64,000 bases of DNA, from positions 1,544,008 to 1,608,007 of the forward strand of contig JBFWNU010000001.1 of the NCBI GenBank assembly GCA_050250895.1, read 5' to 3'. The translations under genes and the position numbers were made by a program. Positions 52,176-62,045 of the stretch are shown in pieces. Under the pieces are notes generated by a model, which saw only the letters and a list, made by a program, of their open reading frames with translations, was not told the origin of the DNA and ran no database searches. Each line of letters starts with the position of its first letter. Within the stretch, counting starts at the first letter, position 1. The DNA comes from Vulcanimicrobiota bacterium (GTDB lineage: Bacteria > Vulcanimicrobiota > Xenobia > Xenobiales > JADMJV01).

Positions 52176-53591
52176 TTGAACAGAAATTCAACTGTCTGGG
52201 TCATGCTCGCACTCTTTGTAGTGGGAGTTTCTCTGGGCGTGTTCCGGACCAAGATTCAACACGGCGACCCGCTGGTGGGTCTGGTGGCCCAGGCGTCGCC
52301 CCTCGTCCCCCCCGGCCAACGGGATCAGCAAATACGCCAGGAGCTGGGTACTTTTGCCCGCCTGGCCAAAGACCTCAAGCCTTCAGTGGTCAACATTTCG
52401 GTGGTCAAGTCGGTGGAGGACCCTCGTATCATCTTTCCCTTTGGACCGGGCGGCCAGGCTCCCGAGTCCAGCGGGCAGGGCAGCGGCGTGATCATTTCGG
52501 CCGACGGTGACGTGGTGACTAATAACCACGTGGTGGAGGGGGCCAACGACATCCGGGTCACCCTTCACGACGGACGCGAACTCAAAGCGACGGTGATCGG
52601 GACCGACCCCAAGACCGACCTGGCCCTGCTCAAGGTGGAGGGTCAGAATTTGCCGGCCGCCAACCTGGGTGACTCGGATAGTCTGGCCGTGGGCGACTGG
52701 GTGATGGCCATCGGCAACCCGTTCGGTCTGGAAGCCACCGTGACCGTGGGCGTTCTCAGCGGCAAAGGCCGCGTTATCGGCGCCGGCCCCTATGACGATT
52801 TCTTGCAGACCGACGCGTCCATCAACCCGGGGAATAGTGGCGGACCGCTCTTCAATACCTCGGGCGAAGTGGTGGGTATCAACACCGCTATCATTCGTGG
52901 TGGACAGGGCATCGGTTTTTCGATTCCTATCAATCTGGCCAAGTTCATCGTGGGCCAGCTCAAGAGCGAAGGCTCGGTCACCCGCGGCTTTGTCGGTCTC
53001 GGCATTCAAGCACTGACTCCCCAATTGCGAGCTGGTCTCGAGTTGCCTGACGACCTGGAAGGCGCCCTGGTTTCGTCGGTGGTGCCCGAAGGCCCCGCCG
53101 CCCAGGCCGGTGCCCAGGTAGAGGATGTGGTGGTATCCCTGGATGGGCGTCCCATCAAGTCCGACCGTGAGCTGCTCGATGCAGTGGCCCGCACTCCCGT
53201 GGGTAATACGGCCACCCTGCGCGTGTTCCGCGACGGCAAGACGAGAGACCTGACGGTGACCGTCGCCCGTCGCCCTGACGAGCAGACCTCGGCCCGCCCT
53301 CAGACCAACTCCAACTCGCCGGCCCTGGGCGTGCATGTGCGCGAGCTGACTCCCGATATCGCGGCTCAGCTGGGAACCGATGATACCGACGGTGTCCTCA
53401 TCGTTGATGTGGTTCCCTCCACTCCGGCCGCTCGGGCCGGTCTGCAACCGGGTGATATCGTGCGCAAGGTGGGCAGTCACGAAGTCGACAACACGAGTGA
53501 CTTCCTGGCCCAGGTCCATAACCAGAAAGGCGATATGGCTCTCTTGATCGAGAGGCAGGGAAGAACGGTGTTTGTCGTCGTAGGAAGCTGA
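52176..53591 (+). CDS. degP: HtrA/DegP (Do) serine protease with two PDZ domains
   Basis: TNNHVV, DLALL, INPGNSGGPL; start uncertain (52128 or 52176). Confidence 0.92.
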   Translation: MNRNSTVWVMLALFVVGVSLGVFRTKIQHGDPLVGLVAQASPLVPPGQRDQQIRQELGTFARLAKDLKPSVVNISVVKSVEDPRIIFPFGPGGQAPESSGQGSGVIISADGDVVTNNHVVEGANDIRVTLHDGRELKATVIGTDPKTDLALLKVEGQNLPAANLGDSDSLAVGDWVMAIGNPFGLEATVTVGVLSGKGRVIGAGPYDDFLQTDASINPGNSGGPLFNTSGEVVGINTAIIRGGQGIGFSIPINLAKFIVGQLKSEGSVTRGFVGLGIQALTPQLRAGLELPDDLEGALVSSVVPEGPAAQAGAQVEDVVVSLDGRPIKSDRELLDAVARTPVGNTATLRVFRDGKTRDLTVTVARRPDEQTSARPQTNSNSPALGVHVRELTPDIAAQLGTDDTDGVLIVDVVPSTPAARAGLQPGDIVRKVGSHEVDNTSDFLAQVHNQKGDMALLIERQGRTVFVVVGS

Positions 53592-54923
53592 GTGTCGCAA
53601 CAGCTATCGTTCTTTGACGCCGACGAGCCGTCAACGGGTGCGCGAGCCCCGCTGGCGGCTCGTATGCGTCCCCGCACTCTAGACGAATACCTCGGTCAAG
53701 AGTCGGTAGTCGGTCCCGGTCGCTTGTTACGACGGGCCATCGCCGAGGACCGACTATTCTCGTCGATTCTCTTGTGGGGACCACCGGGAACGGGCAAGAC
53801 CACCCTGGCCAACCTGATCGCGGCCGCCACCGAATCGCACTTCGTCACTCTCTCGGCGGTGATGGACGGGGTCAAAGAGCTGCGCAAAGTGGTGGCCGAG
53901 GCCAAAGAGCGCGGGCGCACCGGTCAGCGCACCCTACTTTTGGTCGACGAGATTCATCGTTTCAACAAGGCCCAGCAAGACGCGCTCTTGCCCCATGTCG
54001 AGGACGGCACGGTCTTGCTTATCGGGGCCACCACCGAGAATCCGTTCTTCGAGGTCAATCAGGCGTTGCTCAGTCGCAGCCGGCTCTTTCGACTCGAGCC
54101 GCTGGGCTCGGAACAGTTGGCCGAGCTATTGCGGCGCGCTCTGGCCGATGAAGAGCGTGGCTATGGTAAGCTAGACATTGCCGTGACTCCCGAGGCCCTG
54201 GCCCATCTGGCCGAGGTGGCGGGGGGCGATGCCCGGGCTGCCCTCAACGCTCTCGAGTTGGCGGTCGAGTCGGCTGGCTACTCTGAGTCCGGCGGCCTGC
54301 AGATCGATCTGGAGTTAGCTCAGGAAGCGGTTCAGAAGCGTCGCATTCGCTACGATAAAGGCGGCGACCAGCACTATGACGTCATCTCGGCGTTTATCAA
54401 GTCCATCCGTGGGTCTGACCCCGACGCCGCCTTCTTCTGGCTGGCCAAGATGATCAAGGCCGGCGAAGACCCCAAGTTCGTCATGCGCCGGCTGCTGATT
54501 CTGGCGGCCGAGGATATCGGTCTGGCGGATCCCAGCGCCATCACGGTGGTGGCCTCCTGCGCCCGGGCCCTGGAGTGGGTGGGGCTGCCCGAAGCCAAGT
54601 ATCACCTGGCCCTGGCCACCAGCTACCTGGCCACCGCTCCCAAGTCCAACAGTTTGATGGGCTACTTCGAGGCCGAGGCCGCGCTCGAGCGCATCCAGGA
54701 TGACTCGGTTCCCGCTCATCTGCGCGACGCTCACTATCGGGGCGCCAAAAAGCTCGGGCACGGCCAGGGCTACCGCTATCCCCACGACTTTCCGAAGGGC
54801 TACGTCGAGCAGCAGTACTTGCCCGACGAGTTGGTCGGAAGGCGTTTCTATAAGCCTGCCGGACGGGGTTACGAGCAGGTAATATCGAAGCGCATGGCGC
54901 ACCTCGAAGGACAAGAAAGGTAG
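53592..54923 (+). CDS. rarA: Replication-associated recombination protein A
   Basis: [43 protein letters not shown]. Confidence 0.96.
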   Translation: MSQQLSFFDADEPSTGARAPLAARMRPRTLDEYLGQESVVGPGRLLRRAIAEDRLFSSILLWGPPGTGKTTLANLIAAATESHFVTLSAVMDGVKELRKVVAEAKERGRTGQRTLLLVDEIHRFNKAQQDALLPHVEDGTVLLIGATTENPFFEVNQALLSRSRLFRLEPLGSEQLAELLRRALADEERGYGKLDIAVTPEALAHLAEVAGGDARAALNALELAVESAGYSESGGLQIDLELAQEAVQKRRIRYDKGGDQHYDVISAFIKSIRGSDPDAAFFWLAKMIKAGEDPKFVMRRLLILAAEDIGLADPSAITVVASCARALEWVGLPEAKYHLALATSYLATAPKSNSLMGYFEAEAALERIQDDSVPAHLRDAHYRGAKKLGHGQGYRYPHDFPKGYVEQQYLPDELVGRRFYKPAGRGYEQVISKRMAHLEGQER

Positions 54924-54962
54924 GAGGTCACTATCAACTATAGTGAGGCGAAAGTAGATTCC

Positions 54963-55316
54963 ATGCGCTGGGGGATCGACAAGGTCCGCGCCGGCGAGTG
55001 GAACATGGACATCTACGCGAGCTACCTCAGGGCCTGTCATCGAATCGTCACGCGCGAAGCCGAAGAACTCAAGCGGATTTATACGCGCAGCAGCAAGTTC
55101 AAGCGTGACGAGGCCGCACTGGTGGCTGGAATCGAAGAGGCCATGTCGATGTTCATGGAGGGTATCGAGACCTTCTACGCCTATACGCAAGAGGGCGACG
55201 AGTCGCTCCTGGATGTGGGCCTCGATCTTTACAAACAGGCCAATCGCAAGTTCTATAAGCTTTACCTTTACGTGGAAGACAGCCTCGAAGAGTTCGAGGT
55301 CAAGTTCGACATGTGA
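54963..55316 (+). CDS. Hypothetical helical protein (start may be ATC at 54933)
   Basis: Sits in the operon between rarA and the MATE gene; stop overlaps the next start. Confidence 0.75.
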   Translation: MRWGIDKVRAGEWNMDIYASYLRACHRIVTREAEELKRIYTRSSKFKRDEAALVAGIEEAMSMFMEGIETFYAYTQEGDESLLDVGLDLYKQANRKFYKLYLYVEDSLEEFEVKFDM

Positions 55317-56683
55317 GTTCCCTTCTCACCGAGCCGCCCCGCCGGGCGCTCAACCGTCTGGCCGCGCCCCTGGTGCTGGCCATGGCTCTCGAGACAGCCT
55401 TCAATCTGGTGGATGGCCTCTGGGTAGGCCGGGCCGGCACCGACGCCTTCGCCGCCCTGAATCTCAGTAGTTTCTTTGTCTGGCTTCTTTATGCTTTGAT
55501 CGGAGTGGTCAGCACCGGAACCAATGCTCTGGTCGCTCAAGAACTGGGGGCAGGCCGCCCCGAGGGAGCGGCCCGGGTGGCTCAGCACGGGTTGCGGGCT
55601 GGCCTCGTCCTGGGCTTTCTGGTGGGGCTGCCGGTGGCCCATTATAGCCGCACCATCGCGGGCATGCTGGCCGGCTCCAACGAGGCGGTTCGGCTGGCCG
55701 CCGACCTGGGAGCAGTCTATCTCGGCTGTATCTTCTTACTGGCCCCGGTTCACTGTCTCAATGAGACCATCGCTTCGGTCTTGCGGGCCTATGGGGATAC
55801 ACGCACCCCGACCAAGGTCTATGCGGTCGGCTTCTTGCTGAACTTCGCTCTGGACCCGCTCCTGATCTTTGGGGTTGGTCCGTTCCCTCGTTGGGGCGTG
55901 TTGGGTGCAGCCGTGGCCACCAACTTCTCCTTTTTGGTGGTGGCACTGATCTTTCTCGAACGGCTAGGCCGAGGGCGCCTGGCCTTCAACCTGCCCACCG
56001 GGCGACAGTCCACCGACTGGAGGATCTATCGCAAGCTGATCGGCATCGGTCTGCCTCCGTCGGTATCCAACGTGGTCTTCTGCCTGGTATACATGGCCGT
56101 CAGCCCGGCTGTCGGTGGCTACGGGCCGCAAGCTCTGGCCGCCCTCGGGATCGGCCATCGCGTTCTGTCGTTGAGCTATCTGCTGTGCTACGGTTACTCG
56201 CTGGCTACCATTACCCTGGTGGGGCACAACGCCGGGGCCGGTCAGGTGGAGCGAGCCAGCCAGTGCACCTGGGAGGGGGTCAAGATGGTGCTTTCCAGGG
56301 TCGGGCCGGTAGCCCTGTGCTATCTGCTCTTTGCTCGTTCTCTGGCCAGCTGTTTTAGCACCGATCCTGAAGTCATCGCCATCGCCTCGAGCTATCTGAG
56401 GATCATTAGCTTTAGCCAGGTGCTGCTGGGGGTTTCCATGGTGATCGAAGGGGCCTTCGCCGGCTTCGGGCGGACCGTACCTCCCACCACGGTCTCGATC
56501 CTGACCACCATAGCGCGCGTGCCGGGCGTGCATTTGGTGGGCAACTGGCTCAAGACCTCGATTCGAGGACTGTGGTGGGTCTTTGCCGTTCTGACCACTT
56601 TGCGAGGGCTCGGAATGCTGGCGTTGTTTCACTATTTCTCTCGGGAGCTTGCCAGGGCTAGCAAGAATGTTAACGGCTCTTGA
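55313..56683 (+). CDS. MATE family efflux transporter
   Basis: LRAYGDTRTP, LDPLLIFG, GAAVAT, LVGHNAGAG. Confidence 0.93.
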   Translation: MSSLLTEPPRRALNRLAAPLVLAMALETAFNLVDGLWVGRAGTDAFAALNLSSFFVWLLYALIGVVSTGTNALVAQELGAGRPEGAARVAQHGLRAGLVLGFLVGLPVAHYSRTIAGMLAGSNEAVRLAADLGAVYLGCIFLLAPVHCLNETIASVLRAYGDTRTPTKVYAVGFLLNFALDPLLIFGVGPFPRWGVLGAAVATNFSFLVVALIFLERLGRGRLAFNLPTGRQSTDWRIYRKLIGIGLPPSVSNVVFCLVYMAVSPAVGGYGPQALAALGIGHRVLSLSYLLCYGYSLATITLVGHNAGAGQVERASQCTWEGVKMVLSRVGPVALCYLLFARSLASCFSTDPEVIAIASSYLRIISFSQVLLGVSMVIEGAFAGFGRTVPPTTVSILTTIARVPGVHLVGNWLKTSIRGLWWVFAVLTTLRGLGMLALFHYFSRELARASKNVNGS

Positions 56684-56690
56684 AGGGGTC

Positions 56691-56755
56691 GGTAACATCG
56701 GTTACAATCTGTTTACATTCCGAGAGTACGGACGCACCCCGGTCCCGGCTATGAT
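56691..56755 (+). promoter_or_regulatory. Promoter with phased GTAAC/GTTAC/GTTTAC repeats and a TATGAT -10
   Basis: Repeats at 56692, 56701 and 56711; TATGAT at 56750-56755. Confidence 0.5.
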
Positions 56756-56803
56756 AAGTGCAAATCAGCAGATGTCAGAGCGACATCATCAAGGAGGAAT
56801 ATT

Positions 56804-57103
56804 ATGGGTGGTGCTATCCCAGGCGTCGGCGGCGGCGGTGGCGGCGGCGGCGGTCAAGCAGGCGGAGCGGGCGGAGCAGCCAATGCGATGTCCCAACAGC
56901 AGATGCAACAGTCTGACCAGCAACAGGCCGAAACCATCAAGACTCAGATGATGGCTGACGCGCAGAAGCAGCAAATGCAGCGCTGGAAGATCATGCAAGA
57001 CCTTCAGACCAAGAAATTCGAGATTTTCCAAGACGTCACGACCAACAAGATGAAAACCGGCGACAAAGGTGCCAACGCCTTCGATTCCTACATCCGGTCG
57101 TAG
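56804..57103 (+). CDS. Small monocistronic Gly/Gln-rich helical protein (needle/pilus-subunit-like)
   Basis: Strong AAGGAGG RBS, own promoter and terminator. Confidence 0.8.
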   Translation: MGGAIPGVGGGGGGGGGQAGGAGGAANAMSQQQMQQSDQQQAETIKTQMMADAQKQQMQRWKIMQDLQTKKFEIFQDVTTNKMKTGDKGANAFDSYIRS

Positions 57104-57121
57104 TCACACAACACTCCCTTG

Positions 57122-57149
57122 AAAAGAGGACCCCCGGGGTCCTCTTTTT
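57122..57149 (+). terminator. Bidirectional intrinsic terminator
   Basis: AAAAGAGGACCC-ccg-GGGTCCTCTTTTT. Confidence 0.85.
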
Positions 57150-57172
57150 CTTTGTCCCGCAGGAATACGTTC

Positions 57173-57201
57173 TTGACAGGCCTTTGGGCTTGTATTATTA
57201 T
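57173..57201 (+). promoter_or_regulatory. Sigma70 promoter of rplM-rpsI
   Basis: TTGACA-N17-TATTAT. Confidence 0.85.
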
Positions 57202-57206
57202 ACCGA

Positions 57207-57260
57207 GACTCCTGCCCCACCGGGCAGTTGCTGTTTATGCTGCTCCCCGAGAGCACTGGA
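57207..57260 (+). promoter_or_regulatory. Putative L13 leader (autoregulatory 5' UTR)
   Basis: Two hairpins, CTGCCC-cacc-GGGCAG and TGCTC-cccga-GAGCA, upstream of rplM. Confidence 0.45.
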
Positions 57261-57266
57261 GGAAAG

Positions 57267-57701
57267 ATGAAGACGTTTCACGTCAAGCCGGACGAGCTGA
57301 ATAGAGATTGGTACGAAGTCGACGCCACGGGTAAGACCGTAGGCCGCCTGGCAACGCAGATTGCCCAGGTCTTGATCGGCAAGCACAAACCGATTTTCTC
57401 CAAGCACGTCGATGTGGGAGACTTCGTGGTCGTCACCAATGCCGACAAAGTCAATTTCACCGGCAATAAGTGGAGTCAGAAGAACTATTATCGCCACTCC
57501 GGATATCCCGGCGGTCTCAAAGTGACCAACGCCGAGACGATGCGTGATCGCCACCCTGAGCGTATTCTAGAAGCGGCCGTCAATGGAATGCTGCCGAAGA
57601 ATCGCCTGCGCGATCGACGTCTCAAGCGTCTCAAGCTCTACACCGCCGACACGCATCCGCACGGAGCGCAGCAGCCCAAGCCATTTCCGGAGTTCAAGTG
57701 A
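57267..57701 (+). CDS. rplM: 50S ribosomal protein L13
   Basis: GRLA..A..L.GKHKP, GDFVVV.NA, HSGYPGG, GMLPKN. Confidence 0.98.
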   Translation: MKTFHVKPDELNRDWYEVDATGKTVGRLATQIAQVLIGKHKPIFSKHVDVGDFVVVTNADKVNFTGNKWSQKNYYRHSGYPGGLKVTNAETMRDRHPERILEAAVNGMLPKNRLRDRRLKRLKLYTADTHPHGAQQPKPFPEFK

Positions 57702-57721
57702 AAGGGACCAGGTAAACATTA

Positions 57722-58135
57722 GTGAGTAAGCTCAACGTCACCATCGGACCGATCGTCTACTCCGCCACCGGCCGCCGCAAGCGCGCAATCGCACGTGTGC
57801 GACTGGTGCCGGGCGACGGACGCATCTTCGTCAACCAGAAGCCTTACGAAGAGCACTTCCAGCGTCAGACGCAGTTGATTCTGGTGCGGATGCCCCTCGA
57901 GGCCACCGATACGCTCAGCAAGTTCAACGTCCACGCCCGCCTCCACGGCGGTGGCATTTCGGGTCAGGCCGGCGCTCTGCGCCACGGCATCGCGCGCGCT
58001 CTGCTGCGCTTTGATGAAGAGTTGCGCCCCAACCTTCGCCGGGGCGGTTTCTTGACGCGTGACCCCCGCGAAAAAGAACGCAAGAAATATGGTCGCAAGA
58101 GAGCTCGCAAGGGTTTCCAGTGGACCAAGCGCTAA
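57722..58135 (+). CDS. rpsI: 30S ribosomal protein S9
   Basis: [29 protein letters not shown]. Confidence 0.98.
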   Translation: MSKLNVTIGPIVYSATGRRKRAIARVRLVPGDGRIFVNQKPYEEHFQRQTQLILVRMPLEATDTLSKFNVHARLHGGGISGQAGALRHGIARALLRFDEELRPNLRRGGFLTRDPREKERKKYGRKRARKGFQWTKR

Positions 58136-58154
58136 CCTCTTTACGGTTATCTTC

Positions 58155-58188
58155 GAGAAACCCCGTTCCGGCGGGGTTTTCTTCTTTT
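58155..58188 (+). terminator. Intrinsic terminator after rpsI
   Basis: AAACCCCG..CGGGGTTTT followed by a T-rich tail. Confidence 0.8.
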
Positions 58189-58203
58189 GTCCGACCCGAC
58201 TGC

Positions 58204-59640
58204 CTGGCCGTTGTTACCGGGGCAGAAATGGCCGAGATCGACCGCCTGACTATCGGTGACGGTCTGTCGGGACGGGTCTTGATGGAGTCGGCCGGGCGGG
58301 CGGTCGCTCGCGAAGCCGCTGGCTTCGGGGGGCGTCGGGTCTTGATACTATGTGGTCCCGGCAATAACGGCGGTGACGGATATGTGGCCGCTCGTCACCT
58401 GGATCAGCACGGCTTCGAGGTCAGACTAGCGCGCTTTGGCTCCGAACCCACCGGTCAGGACGACGCGGCGGCCAACTGGGAGTTGCTGGCTCCTTTGCGC
58501 CTTCGCTGCGACCCCTGGGAGTCGCTCGACCTGGCCGAGGTCGATCTGGTGGTCGACGCGCTCTTCGGGACCGGTCTGGCCCGACCGCTCAAAGGGGAGC
58601 TGGCCCACGGGGTCGACCGGCTTAATCGCTCGGGATTGCCGGTGCTGGCGGTGGACATTCCCTCGGGGGTCGACTCGGCTACAGGCCAGGTGTTAGGCAC
58701 CGCCATTCAGGCCCACCGAACGGTCACCTTCGGATTACCAAAGTTCGGCCTGTTGATCGGTCCGGGAGCAACTCTTGCGGGCGAGGTCGTGGTCGAAGAG
58801 ATCGGGTTTTCTCGTCGCCGACTCGAGGGCGGAGCCTGGCGGATCGGACCCGACTGGGTCAAGAATCGATTGCCGCAACGGCCACTGGATGCTCACAAGG
58901 GAACCTGTGGCCGCGCCCTGGTGGTGGCCGGCTCAGAGCGTTACCCCGGTGCGGCCGCGATGGCTAGCCTTGGCGCCTTGCGAGGGGGAGCGGGACTCGT
59001 GACGGCGGCCGTGCCCGAGGTGGTCAAGGGTTGGCTAGAGTCGAGTTTGTACGAGGCGATGTTCATACCCCGCACTTTGGATATGCCGCTCCATGGCGAC
59101 GCCCTCTGCCTCGGTCCTGGTCTTGATGATAGCGAAGAGGCGGCCGCTTTGAGCGAGTATGTGCTCGATTCGTTCTATGGGCCGATGGTCATCGATGCCG
59201 ACGGCCTGCGCCATGTGGCCGGCAAGACCCATGAGCGCCACGTGCTGACCCCCCACCCGGGAGAGATGGCTCGCCTGCTCGATTGCTCGACCGCCGAGGT
59301 CCAGGCGGACAGGGTGGCGGCTGCCCGTCAAGCTGCGCGCCAGACCGGGGCAGTGGTCGTCCTCAAAGGCGGACCTACCCTGGTGGCCTTTGCCGAAGAG
59401 CTTTACATCAACTCGTCGGGGGGTCCTTTCCTGGCTCAAGGTGGCAGCGGAGATGTTCTGGCCGGGCTAATTACCGCTCTGTTGGCGCAGGGGTCCAAGG
59501 CCCTGGAGGCGGCCGTGATGGGCGTCTATCTCCACGGACGGGCCGGCGAGTTGGCGGCCGCGTCGCGCGGACCGCGAGGTCTACCCGCCACTGCGATGGC
59601 CGAGTCGATTCCGTTGGTATACGGGGAGTTGCTCGCATAG
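58204..59640 (+). CDS. nnr: Bifunctional NAD(P)HX epimerase/dehydratase
   Basis: LMESAG, GPGNNGGDG, DALFGTG, DIPSG, HKG..G, TPHPGE, GGSGDVLAG; start approximate. Confidence 0.93.
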   Translation: MAVVTGAEMAEIDRLTIGDGLSGRVLMESAGRAVAREAAGFGGRRVLILCGPGNNGGDGYVAARHLDQHGFEVRLARFGSEPTGQDDAAANWELLAPLRLRCDPWESLDLAEVDLVVDALFGTGLARPLKGELAHGVDRLNRSGLPVLAVDIPSGVDSATGQVLGTAIQAHRTVTFGLPKFGLLIGPGATLAGEVVVEEIGFSRRRLEGGAWRIGPDWVKNRLPQRPLDAHKGTCGRALVVAGSERYPGAAAMASLGALRGGAGLVTAAVPEVVKGWLESSLYEAMFIPRTLDMPLHGDALCLGPGLDDSEEAAALSEYVLDSFYGPMVIDADGLRHVAGKTHERHVLTPHPGEMARLLDCSTAEVQADRVAAARQAARQTGAVVVLKGGPTLVAFAEELYINSSGGPFLAQGGSGDVLAGLITALLAQGSKALEAAVMGVYLHGRAGELAAASRGPRGLPATAMAESIPLVYGELLA

Positions 59641-59672
59641 GGGATTCTGGTGTTGGAACAGAACAATAGAAA

Positions 59673-60812
59673 ATGAGCACCCGTACCTCGATCCGCTTTG
59701 GCCCGATCCTCGAAGCCCTGGCGGCCGAGAAGCTGAAGAAATACCAGCCATTTCTCAACGAGGCAGTCAGCCACAGTTTGCTGTACGGGTATCGCTGCCA
59801 GTTGGCCGGGCACTACTACGGCTTCATTCTGATTCAGGCAGCTCGCACTTCGGGTCGCGTTACGGCTGAAGTGGCCGTGAGCCGGACCCCCGATTATCCT
59901 TACTATCGACTCAGTGACACGCCCCGGCTCGGCGTCTCGGGTTATCGAGAACGAGTCCTCAAGCTGACTCGCAAGGCTGACGCTTCTCTCTCTTATCGTG
60001 GACAAGAGCAACTGCTCGGAGTCTTGCTCGACCTTCTGCGGGAGTCCGAGATGGCTTTGGGGCGTCTGTCCGACCAGGTGATTCCCCTCGTCATCGAAGA
60101 CTACAAGCAGTGGCAGCCGCTCTATCGAGACTGGCTTGAAGCCGAGAAGAACGCCATCGAGGGTGACATCCGCTATCCCGAGCTGGGGGGTGAGATGGTG
60201 GCTCGCGAACTACTTGGGGATACTTTAGCCCGCGGCACCTTTGACCGCTTTCTCGGTCCCCTCAAGTTCCGCTACCGCAAGCCCGACTTCTTTCTCTGTC
60301 ATCTTTACCTGATGGCGCGAGCGCTCGAGTTTCTCGAACCACCCAAGATGGCGGCGGGCGGAGTCGAGCCCGTCGAAGAGAGCCCCGAGATCCTGCCCGA
60401 CCCCATCCCTGCTCTCACCGGGCGCCAGCCTCAAGACGAGGCTGTGGAACTGGCCGTGTCCACCTCGCTGCGGACGGCTCAGTGGGCTTTTCTCAAGTCG
60501 TTTGCAGCGGTCGAGGCGTTCTTCACCGACCAGAGCACCGCCGATCCCGCCTGGCTGCGCGAGAGCGAGGCCAAGCCCGCGGGCGCGAACTTCTCGGGGA
60601 TCATGGAAGATCCGATCTACAACAGTCCGCAGCCCGTGACCCCTCCGGTGGCGCCGGCGCCACCTCGAGCGGTCGCCCCGCCGCCCCCACCAGCCCCGAC
60701 GCCAACGGTTTCCGCGCCCCGACAGGGTGGACGCCCTGACCCGTTCGAGCGACTCTCGGATTTCGTCAAGGATGATCCTTTTGACGTCTTAGGTGAGGCG
60801 TTCGGCCTGTAG
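59673..60812 (+). CDS. Hypothetical protein with a Pro-rich C-terminal linker
   Basis: 379-aa ORF; no family recognised. Confidence 0.75.
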   Translation: MSTRTSIRFGPILEALAAEKLKKYQPFLNEAVSHSLLYGYRCQLAGHYYGFILIQAARTSGRVTAEVAVSRTPDYPYYRLSDTPRLGVSGYRERVLKLTRKADASLSYRGQEQLLGVLLDLLRESEMALGRLSDQVIPLVIEDYKQWQPLYRDWLEAEKNAIEGDIRYPELGGEMVARELLGDTLARGTFDRFLGPLKFRYRKPDFFLCHLYLMARALEFLEPPKMAAGGVEPVEESPEILPDPIPALTGRQPQDEAVELAVSTSLRTAQWAFLKSFAAVEAFFTDQSTADPAWLRESEAKPAGANFSGIMEDPIYNSPQPVTPPVAPAPPRAVAPPPPPAPTPTVSAPRQGGRPDPFERLSDFVKDDPFDVLGEAFGL

Positions 60813-60827
60813 AGAGTGTGCGCCTGG

Positions 60828-62036
60828 CTACAGCCAGGACATGAGAGGCGTCTCGTCGTCGACTGCGGGTTCGGGCGTAGGAATCTCTAGCTGCGAAGGC
60901 GGTAGGACTTCGATCTCCGACTCATCGACGTATTTCACGGCTTCCTCGCGGGTGACCAGTCCCACCTCGAGCATCCGCGAAAGGTGGCGGGCCAGAGTCT
61001 GCATCTGACGCGCGGCCATGTGGTGGTGGACCTCGCGCAGGTCAGCCTGGGAGATCATAGCCCGAACCTGGTCGTCGCATTCCAGGATCTCGAAGGCCGG
61101 TATCAGACCGCGACCATCGGCGCGCTGAACGAGATGTTGGCATACCAGAAGTTTCATGACTCGGCCCATCAATTGGTGCATGCGGCCGTCGCCTCCCGAG
61201 AAGGCGGCCAGCAGTTCGTCGAGAGCTCGCACGCAGCTGCTACCGTCTAGCAAGGCCAGAACGAGATGCCCACCCGCCGCAGCTTGGATGATGACCTCGG
61301 CCGTCTCGCGGTCAGGAATACCCCCCACCGCCAGAATGTCAGGATCTTGTTGGACCGCCTGGCGCACCGCCTGACTGAAGGAGCGGGTGTCGGTTCCAAG
61401 CTCGCGCTGGATCACCGTCGACTCCTGGCTGTTGTGCCAGAACTGAATCATCGGCTCGACCGTGACGATTCGGGTGCGCCGCTGGCTGTTGATATAGTTG
61501 ACCAGGGCCGCGAAGGTGTTGATCTTGCCACAGCGAGGCTTGCCCGCCAGTACCATCAAGCCGCCTTCGTTGGCGTCGAGAAAGTTCTCGACCGCCCCGC
61601 CAGAGAGCCCGAGTTCCACCAATTTCGGTATGTCGGTTCGAAGTCTTCGAATCGAGGCGGCGGGGCATCCGCGCTCGAGATAGATGTGAAATCGAAAACC
61701 GTGGCCGCCGTCAATGCGATTGAAGTCCAGCTCTTGAGCCTGAGACTGGGCGCGAATCTGCTCTTGAGTCAGGTTCGAGTTGATCAAGAACCGGCAATCG
61801 GCGGGCTTGAGTACATGATCGCCAATGGTGACCAACTCTTCACCGATGCGCAGAGTTGGAGGCGAGCCTGCGTTCAGGTGAAGGAAGGTGCCCTTGTGGT
61901 CGACCAGGACCTCGAGCAATTGGCTGAGTGAGTAGGGAGGATCGCCGTAACCAACGCCGTTGAGTTTCTCGACCGCGCGTACCAACCGGGCTGTCAGGGC
62001 AACGAGTTCTTGGGTGGGATCCCCGTTTAGAGCCAC
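60828..62036 (-). CDS. PilT/PilU-family protein with degenerate ATPase motifs
   Basis: LHLNAGSPP.LRI, QRELG.DT.SF, QDPD, GHLV, MQT; altered Walker, Asp and His boxes. Confidence 0.85.
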   Translation of the reverse strand: MALNGDPTQELVALTARLVRAVEKLNGVGYGDPPYSLSQLLEVLVDHKGTFLHLNAGSPPTLRIGEELVTIGDHVLKPADCRFLINSNLTQEQIRAQSQAQELDFNRIDGGHGFRFHIYLERGCPAASIRRLRTDIPKLVELGLSGGAVENFLDANEGGLMVLAGKPRCGKINTFAALVNYINSQRRTRIVTVEPMIQFWHNSQESTVIQRELGTDTRSFSQAVRQAVQQDPDILAVGGIPDRETAEVIIQAAAGGHLVLALLDGSSCVRALDELLAAFSGGDGRMHQLMGRVMKLLVCQHLVQRADGRGLIPAFEILECDDQVRAMISQADLREVHHHMAARQMQTLARHLSRMLEVGLVTREEAVKYVDESEIEVLPPSQLEIPTPEPAVDDETPLMSWL

Positions 62037-62045
62037 TTTCGACTT

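Noticed and set aside
56828-56853. GGC microsatellite as a phase-variation tract
   Set aside because: In-frame triplets encoding poly-Gly; length change would not shift the frame
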